Part shown: one piece after another, positions 28,474 to 38,354 of the stretch | Numbering within the stretch: the stretch's first letter is position 1 | Layout of the letters: each line of letters opens with the position of its first letter | Assembly (NCBI GenBank): GCA_033762295.1 | Contig: JANRLW010000009.1 | Coordinates: 1 to 64,000, forward strand | Length of the DNA stretch: 64,000 nt | Origin: Capsulimonadales bacterium | GTDB lineage: Bacteria > Armatimonadota > Armatimonadia > Armatimonadales > Armatimonadaceae | Direction of reading: 5' to 3' | Made by a program: the position numbers and the translations under genes | Notes under the pieces: model-generated | The model's input: the letters and a program-made list of their open reading frames with translations, nothing else | What the model was told of the DNA's origin: nothing | Database searches by the model: none

Positions 28474-29772
28474 TCAGCGGGTCCCGCTCACCACGGTCAG
28501 GCGGGTCCGTTCCGCCGCCGCCCGCTGCGACGGAATCAGGGTCGGCAACGCGCTCGATTCGATCCGATCCGTGCCCGGCGCGGACATTACGACCGCATAC
28601 TCCATCACGTTCTGGAGTTCACGAATGTTGCCGGGCCAGTCATGCTGCTCCATCAGATGCAGCGCCTCCTCAGTGATGCCGCCGGGGAAGGTCCGCCCGT
28701 TTTCCTGAGACGACCGCGCCAGGAAGTGGAACGCCAGGGGGCGCACGTCCTCCTTACGGTTGCGTAGCGGGGGGAGCTTGACCGGGACGACGTGCAGCCG
28801 ATAGTAAAGATCGAGACGGAACGTTCCCTCCTGCACGGCCTGCCACAGATCACGGTTGGTGGCAGCGACAACGCGTACATCCACCTTGGTCGACTTGGTG
28901 CCACCGATCCGGCTTACCTCCCGTTCCTGAAGCGCGCGCAGCAATTTCACCTGCGTCACATGCGGGATATCACCGATCTCGTCCAGAAACAGCGTGCCGC
29001 CGTCGGCCAGTTCGAACCGGCCCGGCTTGGCGGCCAGCGCACCGGTGAACGCCGACTTTTCGTGACCGAACAGTTCCGACTCGAGCAGGGATTCCGGCAG
29101 TGCGGCGCAGGATACCGCGACAAATGCCCCTCGACTGCGCGGACTGGCCTCATGGATCAGACGCGCGGCAACCTCTTTTCCGGTCCCGGATTCGCCCAGC
29201 AGCAGAACGGTCGCGCGGGACGCGGCGGCGCGCAGCAATTGGTCACGCATCTCCAGGGTCGCGGGGGCCTCGCCCACCAATCCGAAGGTGGCGGCGGACG
29301 GCACCGGGATCTTGACCGCCGCCGCCCCCGGAACGGTGGGAGACGGCGCCGTCAGCGTCGGCCGCGCCCGCAACGCCCGTTCGACCGTGGCTCGAACCTG
29401 CTCCATCTCGAACGGCTTCGTCAGGTAGTCGAACGCCCCCAATCGCATCGCCTCTACCGCCGACCGGATCGTGCCATGCCCGGAAATCAGCAGAGCGCGC
29501 AGCCCCGGATGCTGCTTCCGAACCGACTCCAGTACCTCCAGACCGTTCATATCCGGCATCAAAAAGTCGGTCACCAGCAGATCCAGGCTCGTCTGCTGCT
29601 TCGCCTTTTTGATCGCGTCCCGACCGCTATCGGCAACGATCACGTTGTAACCATCCCGTAACAGGACCGCAGAAAGCACCCGTCGCAGATTCGGTTCGTC
29701 ATCGACGATCAGAATGGTCTGTCCGTTCGTCTGTCCGTTCGCAGGCTCCATGGTTCCGTTTGCGCTTTCCAT
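28474..29772 (-). CDS. NtrC-family response regulator (receiver + AAA+), no C-terminal HTH
   Basis: ILIVDDE, D..MP receiver; [38 protein letters not shown]. Confidence 0.92.
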   Translation of the reverse strand: MESANGTMEPANGQTNGQTILIVDDEPNLRRVLSAVLLRDGYNVIVADSGRDAIKKAKQQTSLDLLVTDFLMPDMNGLEVLESVRKQHPGLRALLISGHGTIRSAVEAMRLGAFDYLTKPFEMEQVRATVERALRARPTLTAPSPTVPGAAAVKIPVPSAATFGLVGEAPATLEMRDQLLRAAASRATVLLLGESGTGKEVAARLIHEASPRSRGAFVAVSCAALPESLLESELFGHEKSAFTGALAAKPGRFELADGGTLFLDEIGDIPHVTQVKLLRALQEREVSRIGGTKSTKVDVRVVAATNRDLWQAVQEGTFRLDLYYRLHVVPVKLPPLRNRKEDVRPLAFHFLARSSQENGRTFPGGITEEALHLMEQHDWPGNIRELQNVMEYAVVMSAPGTDRIESSALPTLIPSQRAAAERTRLTVVSGTR

Positions 29773-29785
29773 TTGTCACTTCTTC

Positions 29786-31237
29786 CTAGGCGGCCCGGTA
29801 TTCCGCCCGATTTCGGGGAGTGGCTTCCGAGGGGATTTCCGACGATTCGATTTCCGGCATCTGCCCGGGTAACGACAGGGTGAACCATGCCCCGCCCTGA
29901 GGGGAATTTCCGCAATCCACCGATCCGCCATGCGCTTCGATCACCCGGCGCACATGCGCGAGTCCCAGACCGGACCCTCGTGCTTTGGTCGTATAAAACG
30001 GTTCCCAGAGCCGGGGAAGCGCCTCCGGCAGGATGCCCGGTCCGTTATCGGCCACGGTCAGATCGTAACGTGCCGGAGTGAACTCGGCGTTCACCGTCAG
30101 GCGGACCGTGATCTCGATCGGAACCATCAGCGAACGCGATGCCCCCGCCTGTCCGGCGTTCAGCAGAAGGTTGCGCAGTGCCTGCCCGATCTGCGGCGCA
30201 TCCATCTCCGCACGAACCGGCGTCTCGGACGGATACGACTCGTGGATGGCGACGACCCCCATCGCTTCGAGTTCCTGCCGCAGAAACGCGATCTCTCCCT
30301 GGATCAGCGTGACCAGGTCCTGTGAGATTCTCTGCGGCGGAGTCGGTCGCGCAAACTCCAGCAGATCAGTGGTCAGGCGGTTCAGTCCGTTGACCTCGTC
30401 CACCACGATATTCAGAAAATCCGAGACCATTCCCGCGCGTTCGCCTCTGTCGGAGGAGAACTCTCTCAGCAGGAACTGGGCGGCTCCCTTGATCGACGAA
30501 AGGGGATTCCGCAGCTCATGGGCGACCGTCGCCGCCATCCGCCCGATGGTTGCCAGGTGCGCGGTTTGCGCGATCTCCCGCTCCATCTTGGCCGCCTCCT
30601 GCGCCGCCAGCGTCAGATCCTCGATGATCCGCGCCTGTGCGACCGCGGCCCCCGCCTGCGCCGCGAAAAGGGAGAACACCCGCAGATCACTTTCGGTGAA
30701 GGCGCCCGCCGGCGTAAAGCGGGAGAGACATAACACCCCGTGGACCGCGCCATCGGCGGCGACCAGCGGAGCGCACAGAGCCGATTCCACCTCCGGACGA
30801 CGGGTGATGTCCCCCGGACGCCCGTCCTTACTCAAAAGCGGATGGTTGCTCGGGTCCTTGTTCACCAGGATCGGTTGCCCGGAGGCCGCGACCCGCCCGG
30901 CAATCCGCTCCCCGACCAGAAGCGTCACCGACTCCGCGACGTCCGTGGAAAGCCCGACCGAAGCCACTACCCGCAGCGTGTTGCCGTTTTTCTCCCGCAG
31001 TAACAGCGAACACGTATGGCCATCCAGAGCGGCCGCGACACGTTCGGCGATCCGCTGAAGAAGATGACGGGTCTCGGAATGGGGAACGGAACGCCACAGT
31101 TCATAAAGTGCGGCAATCTGTCGTTCGCGTCGCTCGTTCTCCGCGATCGCTTCCTGCCGTCCGGCCCGGTTCTGCGTTCGCGTTCGTTTGGTGGTCGTCG
31201 TGCCCTCAGCGGGCAAATCGGTCGTCGTCCCGGTCAT
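29786..31237 (-). CDS. Soluble GAF-domain sensor histidine kinase
   Basis: GAF domain, H-box AHELRNPL, N-box, DNGPG, GSGLGL; no TM helix. Confidence 0.92.
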   Translation of the reverse strand: MTGTTTDLPAEGTTTTKRTRTQNRAGRQEAIAENERRERQIAALYELWRSVPHSETRHLLQRIAERVAAALDGHTCSLLLREKNGNTLRVVASVGLSTDVAESVTLLVGERIAGRVAASGQPILVNKDPSNHPLLSKDGRPGDITRRPEVESALCAPLVAADGAVHGVLCLSRFTPAGAFTESDLRVFSLFAAQAGAAVAQARIIEDLTLAAQEAAKMEREIAQTAHLATIGRMAATVAHELRNPLSSIKGAAQFLLREFSSDRGERAGMVSDFLNIVVDEVNGLNRLTTDLLEFARPTPPQRISQDLVTLIQGEIAFLRQELEAMGVVAIHESYPSETPVRAEMDAPQIGQALRNLLLNAGQAGASRSLMVPIEITVRLTVNAEFTPARYDLTVADNGPGILPEALPRLWEPFYTTKARGSGLGLAHVRRVIEAHGGSVDCGNSPQGGAWFTLSLPGQMPEIESSEIPSEATPRNRAEYRAA

Positions 31238-31417
31238 GTATTGTTACTCCGCCCTTTTCTTTTCGGACGTTTTACCACCGGAATGCAGAGGTTTTTTACA
31301 GGAGAGAGGTAAGCTTTTTCTGAAATACTGGTATATTTACTGCGTTTTTGCGCCTTTCCGCAGCCCGAACACCGCTCCGTTTTCGCTTTTCGGACTTTCC
31401 GACGATAAGGAATCGCC

Positions 31418-32065
31418 ATGGACCCCCTTTTTCACGAACGATTGTATCGATCCGATGACGTCATGACCCGATTGCGCCACCTTCCGGTGACCGTTTGCGG
31501 GGCGGGTGCGCTCGGAGCGAACCTGACCGAAACGCTGCTTCGCCAGGGTTTTTACCGTCTGACCGTCATCGACCGGGATCGGGTGGAGGAGCGCAATCTG
31601 TCGACTCAGCCCTATTTCCGGGGAGATATCGGCGCGCAGAAGGCAAAGATTCTGGCGAACTCGCTCTACCGCGCCCTGGGCGTTCCGGTCGTCGGAAAAG
31701 CCGAGGAATTGACCCCGACAAACGCGGCGAAACTTCTCGACGGCAGCGGACTGGTCGTGGATACGTTCGACAACAGCGTCGCCCGACGGACCGTTACCGA
31801 CACCTGCGCCGAAAAACATCTGCCGTGTCTGCATGTCGGGCTGGCCGACCGCTACGGCGAGATCGTCTGGAATGAACGGTACCGGGTGCCGTCGGATGCG
31901 CACGACGATCTCTGTGATTATCCGCTCGCCCGAAATCTGGTCACGCTCACGGTCAGCGTGGCCGCCGAGGTGATCGTTCGCTTCGCGGCAACGGGCAGGC
32001 AAGAGGATTACGCGATCACCTGGGAGGACTTCGTTATCCGTCCTCACCCGGCGACCGCCGGCTGA
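31418..32065 (+). CDS. Short ThiF/MoeB (E1-like) adenylyltransferase
   Basis: VCGAGALG, IDRDRVEERNL..Q, KAK, VDTFDN; AAGGA RBS. Confidence 0.9.
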   Translation: MDPLFHERLYRSDDVMTRLRHLPVTVCGAGALGANLTETLLRQGFYRLTVIDRDRVEERNLSTQPYFRGDIGAQKAKILANSLYRALGVPVVGKAEELTPTNAAKLLDGSGLVVDTFDNSVARRTVTDTCAEKHLPCLHVGLADRYGEIVWNERYRVPSDAHDDLCDYPLARNLVTLTVSVAAEVIVRFAATGRQEDYAITWEDFVIRPHPATAG

Positions 32066-32634
32066 TTCGATACCGCATCGCCCGGTGACCCTTCGTCGTC
32101 ATCGGGCGGGTCCGCATCCGGAACCGTGAAAAAGCCGATCAGCCGACGCTCCGCTCCCTCGCCCGGCACTCGCCCCGACCTTCCCGCATACTCGAAGACC
32201 GTTGCCCGCAACGCTTTCGTCTCCTCCGGGGTCAGGGAGACCGACTTGACCAAAAGGCTGATCCGGCCTTCCGGCAAAGGAAAGGTCGCCTGCCGGAGGA
32301 AACGACCGAAGGCGGATTCCAGCACGCCGGTCAACGCGGCCACCAGACCCATCACCTCCTCCGCGCCGACTTCCTCCCGATTGACGTAGGATGCCTCCTC
32401 CACCAGAGCATACTGCCGTTCGGTCGGACCACGCCCCCGACGCTCTCCGACGACGCGAAGTATGCCGGCATTGCGAAGAACCCCGATATGCCGGTAAACC
32501 GTCCCGAGAGGAATCTCGCTCATCCGTGCGGCGATCTGACGCGGGGTCATGACCCGGTCGCTGACCGCCACGAGAATCCGTGCGCGAACCGGATGCAGAA
32601 TCGCCTGCGCCCGGGTGAGTGCTCGCTGTTCCAC
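32044..32634 (-). CDS. Winged-HTH (ArsR-like) transcriptional regulator
   Basis: HPVRARIL, GTVYRHIGVLRNAGIL, ERQY wing; divergent from the ABC operon. Confidence 0.85.
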   Translation of the reverse strand: MEQRALTRAQAILHPVRARILVAVSDRVMTPRQIAARMSEIPLGTVYRHIGVLRNAGILRVVGERRGRGPTERQYALVEEASYVNREEVGAEEVMGLVAALTGVLESAFGRFLRQATFPLPEGRISLLVKSVSLTPEETKALRATVFEYAGRSGRVPGEGAERRLIGFFTVPDADPPDDDEGSPGDAVSNQPAVAG

Positions 32635-32640
32635 CCGACC

Positions 32641-32728
32641 AGTATATTTTCAAAAATGTGAATAGTCAAGCGCAACTCGCGCGCCTCCGCTGTGTCCCAA
32701 TTCACAGGACATTCACAAATTTGAGAAT
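32641..32728. promoter_or_regulatory. Divergent promoter region with two operator palindromes
   Basis: - strand TTGACT-17 bp-TATACT (32669-32641). ATTTTCAAAAATGTGAAT (32646-32663) and ATTCACAAATTTGAGAAT (32711-32728) are inverted near-copies of each other. Confidence 0.75.
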
Positions 32729-32739
32729 GGAGTCCCGAG

Positions 32740-33651
32740 TTGGAACTGCGAATCGAGAACCTGACCAAAACCTATCCCAACGGCGTTCGCGCGCTCAATG
32801 GAATCAACCTGATCATCCCGCGCGGTCTGTTCGGTCTGCTTGGCCCGAACGGAGCGGGGAAATCCTCGCTGATGCGAACGATCGCAACCCTTCAGGAGCC
32901 GGATACCGGCGGCATTTTCTTCAACGAAATCGACGTTCTTCGGGAAAAGGAGGCGTTGCGGGCGCGGCTCGGCTATCTGCCGCAGGAGTTCGGCTTCTAT
33001 CCGACCCTCTCCGCCGAAGCGACCCTGGACCACTTCGCCGCCCTGAAAGGCATGAACAACGCGCGCGAACGGCGCGAACGGGTGCAGGCGATGTTGCAAC
33101 AGGTCAACCTTTATGATGCCCGTAAGAAGAACGTCGGCGGCTACTCCGGGGGAATGCGTCAACGTCTCGGAATCGCCGTCGCCCTGATCGGCAACCCGGA
33201 ACTGATCATCGTCGACGAACCTACCGCCGGCCTCGACCCGACCGAACGCCACCGGTTCCTGAATCTGCTGTCCGAAATCGGTGAAAACGTCGTCGTCATC
33301 CTCTCGACGCACATCGTGGAGGATGTCCGTGAATTGTGCGAGCGGATGGCGATCATCGCCAGCGGTCAGGTGGTGGCCGAGGGCAACCCCGAAACCGTGA
33401 TCGAAGCGGTGCGCGGGCGTCTCTGGAAACGAACCTTCGACAAACGCGCCCTCGCCGATGCCCAGGCAAGATACCGGGTCGTCTCCACCCGACTCGTCGC
33501 CGGAAAACCCGTTCTGGCGATCTACAGCGAGCAATCGCCGGGCGACGGTTTCGAGCCGGTCGCCGCCGACCTGGAGGATGCTTACTTTTTCCATACCGCC
33601 CGGAACCTGGGTGGCGAACCGTCCGCAATCCCCGCAGGAGGTCCGTCGTGA
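32740..33651 (+). CDS. ABC transporter ATP-binding protein
   Basis: GPNGAGKS, YSGGMRQR, VDEPTAGLD. Confidence 0.95.
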   Translation: MELRIENLTKTYPNGVRALNGINLIIPRGLFGLLGPNGAGKSSLMRTIATLQEPDTGGIFFNEIDVLREKEALRARLGYLPQEFGFYPTLSAEATLDHFAALKGMNNARERRERVQAMLQQVNLYDARKKNVGGYSGGMRQRLGIAVALIGNPELIIVDEPTAGLDPTERHRFLNLLSEIGENVVVILSTHIVEDVRELCERMAIIASGQVVAEGNPETVIEAVRGRLWKRTFDKRALADAQARYRVVSTRLVAGKPVLAIYSEQSPGDGFEPVAADLEDAYFFHTARNLGGEPSAIPAGGPS

Positions 33652-36600
33652 AAGACGTTTTTCTCTTCGAACTCCGTTTCCGCACACGACAGATCTCGAC
33701 CTACCTTTTTTTCGGGATCTTCTTCCTCCTCGCCCTCCTGTTCATATCGACCGATATCGTGCAGCTCGGCGGCGGGGACGGCCGGGTCAAAGGAAACGCT
33801 CCCTTCGTGATCTCCGTGGCCGGAACCATCCTGATGGTCCTTGGCGGAACCATCTGCTCCGCTCTGCTCGGAACCGCCGTCTACCGCGATTTCGAAGCGA
33901 ACGCGCACGAACTGTTCTTCACCACCCGGCTTTCGAAGCGCGACTACCTGTTCGGGCGTTTCCTGGGCGCCTTCGTCGTGACCGTCCTGGTCTTTCTGTC
34001 GATTCCGCTCGGGTTCATCCTGGGGACCGTCGCGCCCTGGGCCGACAAATCCGACTTCGGACCCTTTCGCGCCGACGCCTACCTGTTCTTCCTCGGCGTC
34101 TATCTGCTGCCCAACTTGTTGCTGGTCGGCTCCTTCTGTTTTGTTTTCGGCGCGTTGACGCGCAGTCTCCTCGCCATTTACGTTCAGGGCATCCTGCTCT
34201 TCGTCGGCTGGGCCATGTCCCTGAGCCTCCTGAGCAACCTGGAAAGCCGGGAACTGGCCGCTTTCTTCGATCCTTTCGGCCTGAGCGCGACCTCCCTGCT
34301 GACCCGATACTGGACACTGGCGGAGAAAAACACCTCGCTTCTCACCCTCTCCGGTCCGCTGCTGGTCAATCGCGCCTTCTGGCTGGCCATTGCGGCGGTC
34401 GTTTTCGCGATCGGTTACCGTCTGTTCGCTTTTTCACGACATCCCCTGACCCTGGCGCGCCGCCGCAAGACAGCCATCGATAACGCCACGTTAACGGAGT
34501 CGGTTTTACCGTCCCAACTGCCGCCGGCGGCCACGGAACCCGTCTCGCCCCGGACCGTCTACCTCCGGTTGACCGGATTTTACTATCGTGAAATCCTGCG
34601 TGGCGTTCCCTTTCTCGCCATTACCTTCGCCGGTATGCTGCTGCTTTTCGTCAACGCTTCCCAGGCCGACCGCATTTTCGATACGCCGATCTATCCCGTG
34701 ACCCGCGTCATGATGGACAGCGTCGCCAACGGCTTTTCGCTGTTCTTCGTCATTCTGATCACCTTCTACACCGGGGAACTGGTCTGGCGGGAACGCGTGC
34801 TCCGTCTGGACCAGATTACCGACGCTCTGCCGACGTCGACCGCGGCCGGAATGCTCGCCAAAGTGTCGGCGATCGTCGCCATGCTGATGACGCTGAACGT
34901 CGGTCTGATCGCCGCCGGGATCGTGACCCAGGCCGCGAAGGGCTATTTCCACTTCGAACTGCCGCTGTACGCCACCTACCTGTTCGGCATCCTCCTTCCC
35001 GGCTGGATCGCCATGGTCTTTCTCGCCTTTTTCCTGCATTCCGTTCTCAACAACAAATTCCTGGGCCATACCGCCCTGATTCTGATCTCCCTCTCCGCGT
35101 CCGTTCTGCCCCTGCTCAAACTGGAACGCTACCTCTACCGGTTCGGCTCCGGACCGACCCCGGTGTACTCCGATATGAACGGCTTCGGACCGTTCCTGGC
35201 ACCGGTGTTCTGGTTTACCCTGTACTGGCTGGCGGTTTCCGTGTTGCTGCTCCTGGCCGCGCTTCGCCTCTGGGTCCGGGGCAAGGAGGAACGCCTGTTC
35301 TTCCGCTGGCAAAACGGGCGCATCGGTCGGGCCGGAAACGTTGTCGGCGTAACCGCCGCAGCGACCGTCGTCGGAAGCGCCGCCTTTATCACCTACAACA
35401 CCGACGTTCTCCACGAATACGTCCCGAAACAGGAGGGGCTTCGCCGCCAGGAAACCTATGAACGCTCCTACAAGGCCGCCTGGGAAAAGAAACCGATGCC
35501 GCACATCACGGCTGTCCGACTCGACGTCGACCTTCAGCCGGAACGACTCCGGTACGCCGTTCGGGGAACGTACCGCCTGAGAAATAAATCCGGGCGTCCG
35601 ATCCGCGAAGTCGCCCTGCAGACGGACCAGACCCTTACCGTGAAGGAACTGCGGTTCGCCGTTCCGGTCACCCCCGATATCGTCGATAACGCCACGGGCT
35701 TCCGAACCTTCCGCCTGGAACGTCCGCTGTCTCCCGGCGAGGAAACCACGCTCGATTTTTCGCTCGCCTATGACAAAACCGGCTTCCCGAACGACGGCAT
35801 TCAGACCGCCATCGCCGAAAACGGAACGTTCGTGACCATGCCGGTCCCTGCGATCGGGTACCAGCCCGGCGGCGAAATCACCGACGAACGGGAACGGGAA
35901 AAGCGAAAGTTGCCGAAGCGTCCCCGTATGCCGGCCCTGACCGATACCGCCGCCCGCAACCGTACCTATCTGGGCAGCGACGCCGACTGGATCGACTTCG
36001 AGGCCACCGTCCGGACCTCCCCCGACCAGACCGCCATCGCCCCCGGCTACCTGCAAAAGGAATGGACGGAAAACGGACGACGCTGTTTCCGCTACAAAAT
36101 GGATGCCCCCATCCGCAACTTCTACTCCTTCCTCTCGGCCAGGTACGCGGTCAAGCGCGACACCTGGACCGGACAAGACGGCAAAAAGGTTGCCCTCGAG
36201 ATCTGGTACCACCCCGCCCATGCCTATAATCTCGACCGGATGATGGCGGGAATGAAAGATGCGCTCACCTATTGCTCCGAGAACTTCGGCCCGTATCAGT
36301 TCCGACAACTTCGCATCCTGGAGTTCCCGGCATACGCTTCCTTCGCCCAGTCCTTCCCGAATACCGTCCCTTACTCCGAGGCCATCGGGTTCATCGCCCG
36401 CGTTCGAGAGGAGGAGGAGGACATCGACTACCCGTACTACGTCACGGCGCATGAAACCGCCCACCAGTGGTGGGCGCACCAGGTGCTGGGAGCGGACATG
36501 GAAGGGGCGACCCTGCTCTCCGAATCGCTGGCCGAGTACTCCGCACTGAAGATCCTGGAGAAAAAGTACGGCCCCGAACGGATTCGCCGGTTCCTGAGAC

Positions 36601-37250
36601 ACGATCTCGACCGTTACCTGCGCGGGCGCGGCGGCGAGCGGGAGGAGGAGAATCCCCTGGTCAAAGTGCAGAACCAGCAGTACATTCACTACCCGAAGGG
36701 CGCCCTCGCCTTCTACGCGCTGGCGGATCGGATCGCCGAAAAACGTCTGAACGCCGTCCTGGCGCGGTTCGTTCGGGACAAAGGGTTTCAGGAGCCTCCG
36801 TACACGACCTCCCTCGAACTGCTGGAATATCTCAAAACGGCGACGCCCGCCGGGGATCGTACCTTCCTCGGTGACCTGTTCGAGCGGATTACCATGTATG
36901 ACTGCCGGGCGACGGAGGCGTCCGCGAAACGGTTGCCTGACGGAAAATGGCGGGTGACGGTGACCGTCTCGGCAAGCAAGCGGTACGCCGACGGTTCGGG
37001 ACGAGAGACCGTCGCCCCCCTCGACGACCTCTTCGACATCGGTGTTTTCGCGGCCGCGCAGGGAAGGCAACGAGACAAGGACGCGGTCGGCAAGCCGTTG
37101 ATTCTGGAACGTCACCGGCTGACAACGGAACGGCGGACATTCACCTTCGAAACGGAGACCGAACCCGCGAAGGCCGGTATCGATCCTTACAACAAAATGA
37201 TCGACCGCATCCCTTCGGACAATGTCATCAAGGTGACGACCGCGCCCTGA
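33648..37250 (+). CDS. ABC-2 permease fused to an M1-family aminopeptidase
   Basis: Two multi-TM permease halves, then FAQSF, HETAHQWW...SESLAEY (HExxH-X18-E); GTG start overlaps the ATPase stop. Confidence 0.9.
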   Translation: MKDVFLFELRFRTRQISTYLFFGIFFLLALLFISTDIVQLGGGDGRVKGNAPFVISVAGTILMVLGGTICSALLGTAVYRDFEANAHELFFTTRLSKRDYLFGRFLGAFVVTVLVFLSIPLGFILGTVAPWADKSDFGPFRADAYLFFLGVYLLPNLLLVGSFCFVFGALTRSLLAIYVQGILLFVGWAMSLSLLSNLESRELAAFFDPFGLSATSLLTRYWTLAEKNTSLLTLSGPLLVNRAFWLAIAAVVFAIGYRLFAFSRHPLTLARRRKTAIDNATLTESVLPSQLPPAATEPVSPRTVYLRLTGFYYREILRGVPFLAITFAGMLLLFVNASQADRIFDTPIYPVTRVMMDSVANGFSLFFVILITFYTGELVWRERVLRLDQITDALPTSTAAGMLAKVSAIVAMLMTLNVGLIAAGIVTQAAKGYFHFELPLYATYLFGILLPGWIAMVFLAFFLHSVLNNKFLGHTALILISLSASVLPLLKLERYLYRFGSGPTPVYSDMNGFGPFLAPVFWFTLYWLAVSVLLLLAALRLWVRGKEERLFFRWQNGRIGRAGNVVGVTAAATVVGSAAFITYNTDVLHEYVPKQEGLRRQETYERSYKAAWEKKPMPHITAVRLDVDLQPERLRYAVRGTYRLRNKSGRPIREVALQTDQTLTVKELRFAVPVTPDIVDNATGFRTFRLERPLSPGEETTLDFSLAYDKTGFPNDGIQTAIAENGTFVTMPVPAIGYQPGGEITDEREREKRKLPKRPRMPALTDTAARNRTYLGSDADWIDFEATVRTSPDQTAIAPGYLQKEWTENGRRCFRYKMDAPIRNFYSFLSARYAVKRDTWTGQDGKKVALEIWYHPAHAYNLDRMMAGMKDALTYCSENFGPYQFRQLRILEFPAYASFAQSFPNTVPYSEAIGFIARVREEEEDIDYPYYVTAHETAHQWWAHQVLGADMEGATLLSESLAEYSALKILEKKYGPERIRRFLRHDLDRYLRGRGGEREEENPLVKVQNQQYIHYPKGALAFYALADRIAEKRLNAVLARFVRDKGFQEPPYTTSLELLEYLKTATPAGDRTFLGDLFERITMYDCRATEASAKRLPDGKWRVTVTVSASKRYADGSGRETVAPLDDLFDIGVFAAAQGRQRDKDAVGKPLILERHRLTTERRTFTFETETEPAKAGIDPYNKMIDRIPSDNVIKVTTAP

Positions 37251-37256
37251 GTCGCG

Positions 37257-38276
37257 TCAGGATAACAGACCGGCGTTCCGGAGGGTTCGGAGAAGCATCT
37301 CCTCCACCGGAGCGTCGGTGGTCGTCTGCAGATAGTCCATACCATGTCGCTGGGACAGTTCGGAGAGCGATGCGCAAAACCGATGGAATGCCTCGCGATA
37401 GTTGGCCAGTACCGCCGGGGTGATACTGACCTCCCGCGTCTCACCCGTTACCGCATCCACGAGCCGAAGATCCCCCACGACATTCGGTTCCGCCTCCTCC
37501 GGCGCGAGAATCTGCAGAAGAACGACCTCAAATCGACGGGACAGCAGGGCGCGAACGCCCCGTTCCCAGTTCGGATCGAAAAAGTCGGAGAGGACGATAC
37601 AGATGCCCGGTGAGGAATGACGGGCGGTATAGTTCCGTAGCGCGTGGACAAAATCCGTCCGTCCGCCCGGGGACAGGCTCTCCAGATACTCGAAAAGCCG
37701 TGGCGCAGATGCCTGCCCGCGCAGCGTCGGAACCCGGCTCCCGACCGTTTGCGCGAAACAGGCGACCGAAACACGATCGTAACGGATCAAACTGACATAG
37801 CCGATCGATGCCGCGATCTTACGGGCAAAGTCAAACTTGGTCATTCTCCCGGCGAACGTCTCCACCGGATACTCCATGCTCTGGGAGGCATCCAGCAACA
37901 GATGGATCGAAACGTCCTCCTGGGAAAACAGCCTTTGGAACAGCCGTTCCGGACGCAGAAACGCCTGCCGATCGACGTGCCTGGGGTCGTCCTCTATCCC
38001 GTACGGCCGGAAATCCGACACCTCGGGCGAAGCGCCGGGACGGAGGGGCCGCTTTTCCCCTTTTTTCGGGCCGGAGAAAGGGCGGCGCGCTGTCCCGGAC
38101 AGTCGCTCCAACGCCCGGAGAAACTCCGGTTCCAGAAACCTGCTTTGCACCGACATGGTAGGCACCGTCGCTTTCTTTACCGATCCGTTCTTCTTCGAAC
38201 GATCGGGCGTCTCCTGGCCGAAATCGGGAAGACCGTTTAATTGGAATTCACCAACCCCGACTTTTGTTTCAAGCAT
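37257..38276 (-). CDS. DUF58 (vWA-like) protein; alternative start at 38156
   Basis: DFRPY...DDPRHVD, LLDASQSM, VLSDF, LVDAVTGE. Confidence 0.85.
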   Translation of the reverse strand: MLETKVGVGEFQLNGLPDFGQETPDRSKKNGSVKKATVPTMSVQSRFLEPEFLRALERLSGTARRPFSGPKKGEKRPLRPGASPEVSDFRPYGIEDDPRHVDRQAFLRPERLFQRLFSQEDVSIHLLLDASQSMEYPVETFAGRMTKFDFARKIAASIGYVSLIRYDRVSVACFAQTVGSRVPTLRGQASAPRLFEYLESLSPGGRTDFVHALRNYTARHSSPGICIVLSDFFDPNWERGVRALLSRRFEVVLLQILAPEEAEPNVVGDLRLVDAVTGETREVSITPAVLANYREAFHRFCASLSELSQRHGMDYLQTTTDAPVEEMLLRTLRNAGLLS

Positions 38277-38354
38277 ACACTCCCGGACCGTCCGTATGCA
38301 AGCCCCCGGAGCGAATTCGAGCGGGCTGCCGACCGTATCCGGGTCGCGAACGGT

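Noticed and set aside
34506..37115. Long antisense ORFs (this one, also 1216-2508, 5551-6987, 12830-14641, 51253-52404 and others)
   Set aside because: They overlap well-supported genes on the opposite strand and have no motifs; expected in high-GC DNA.
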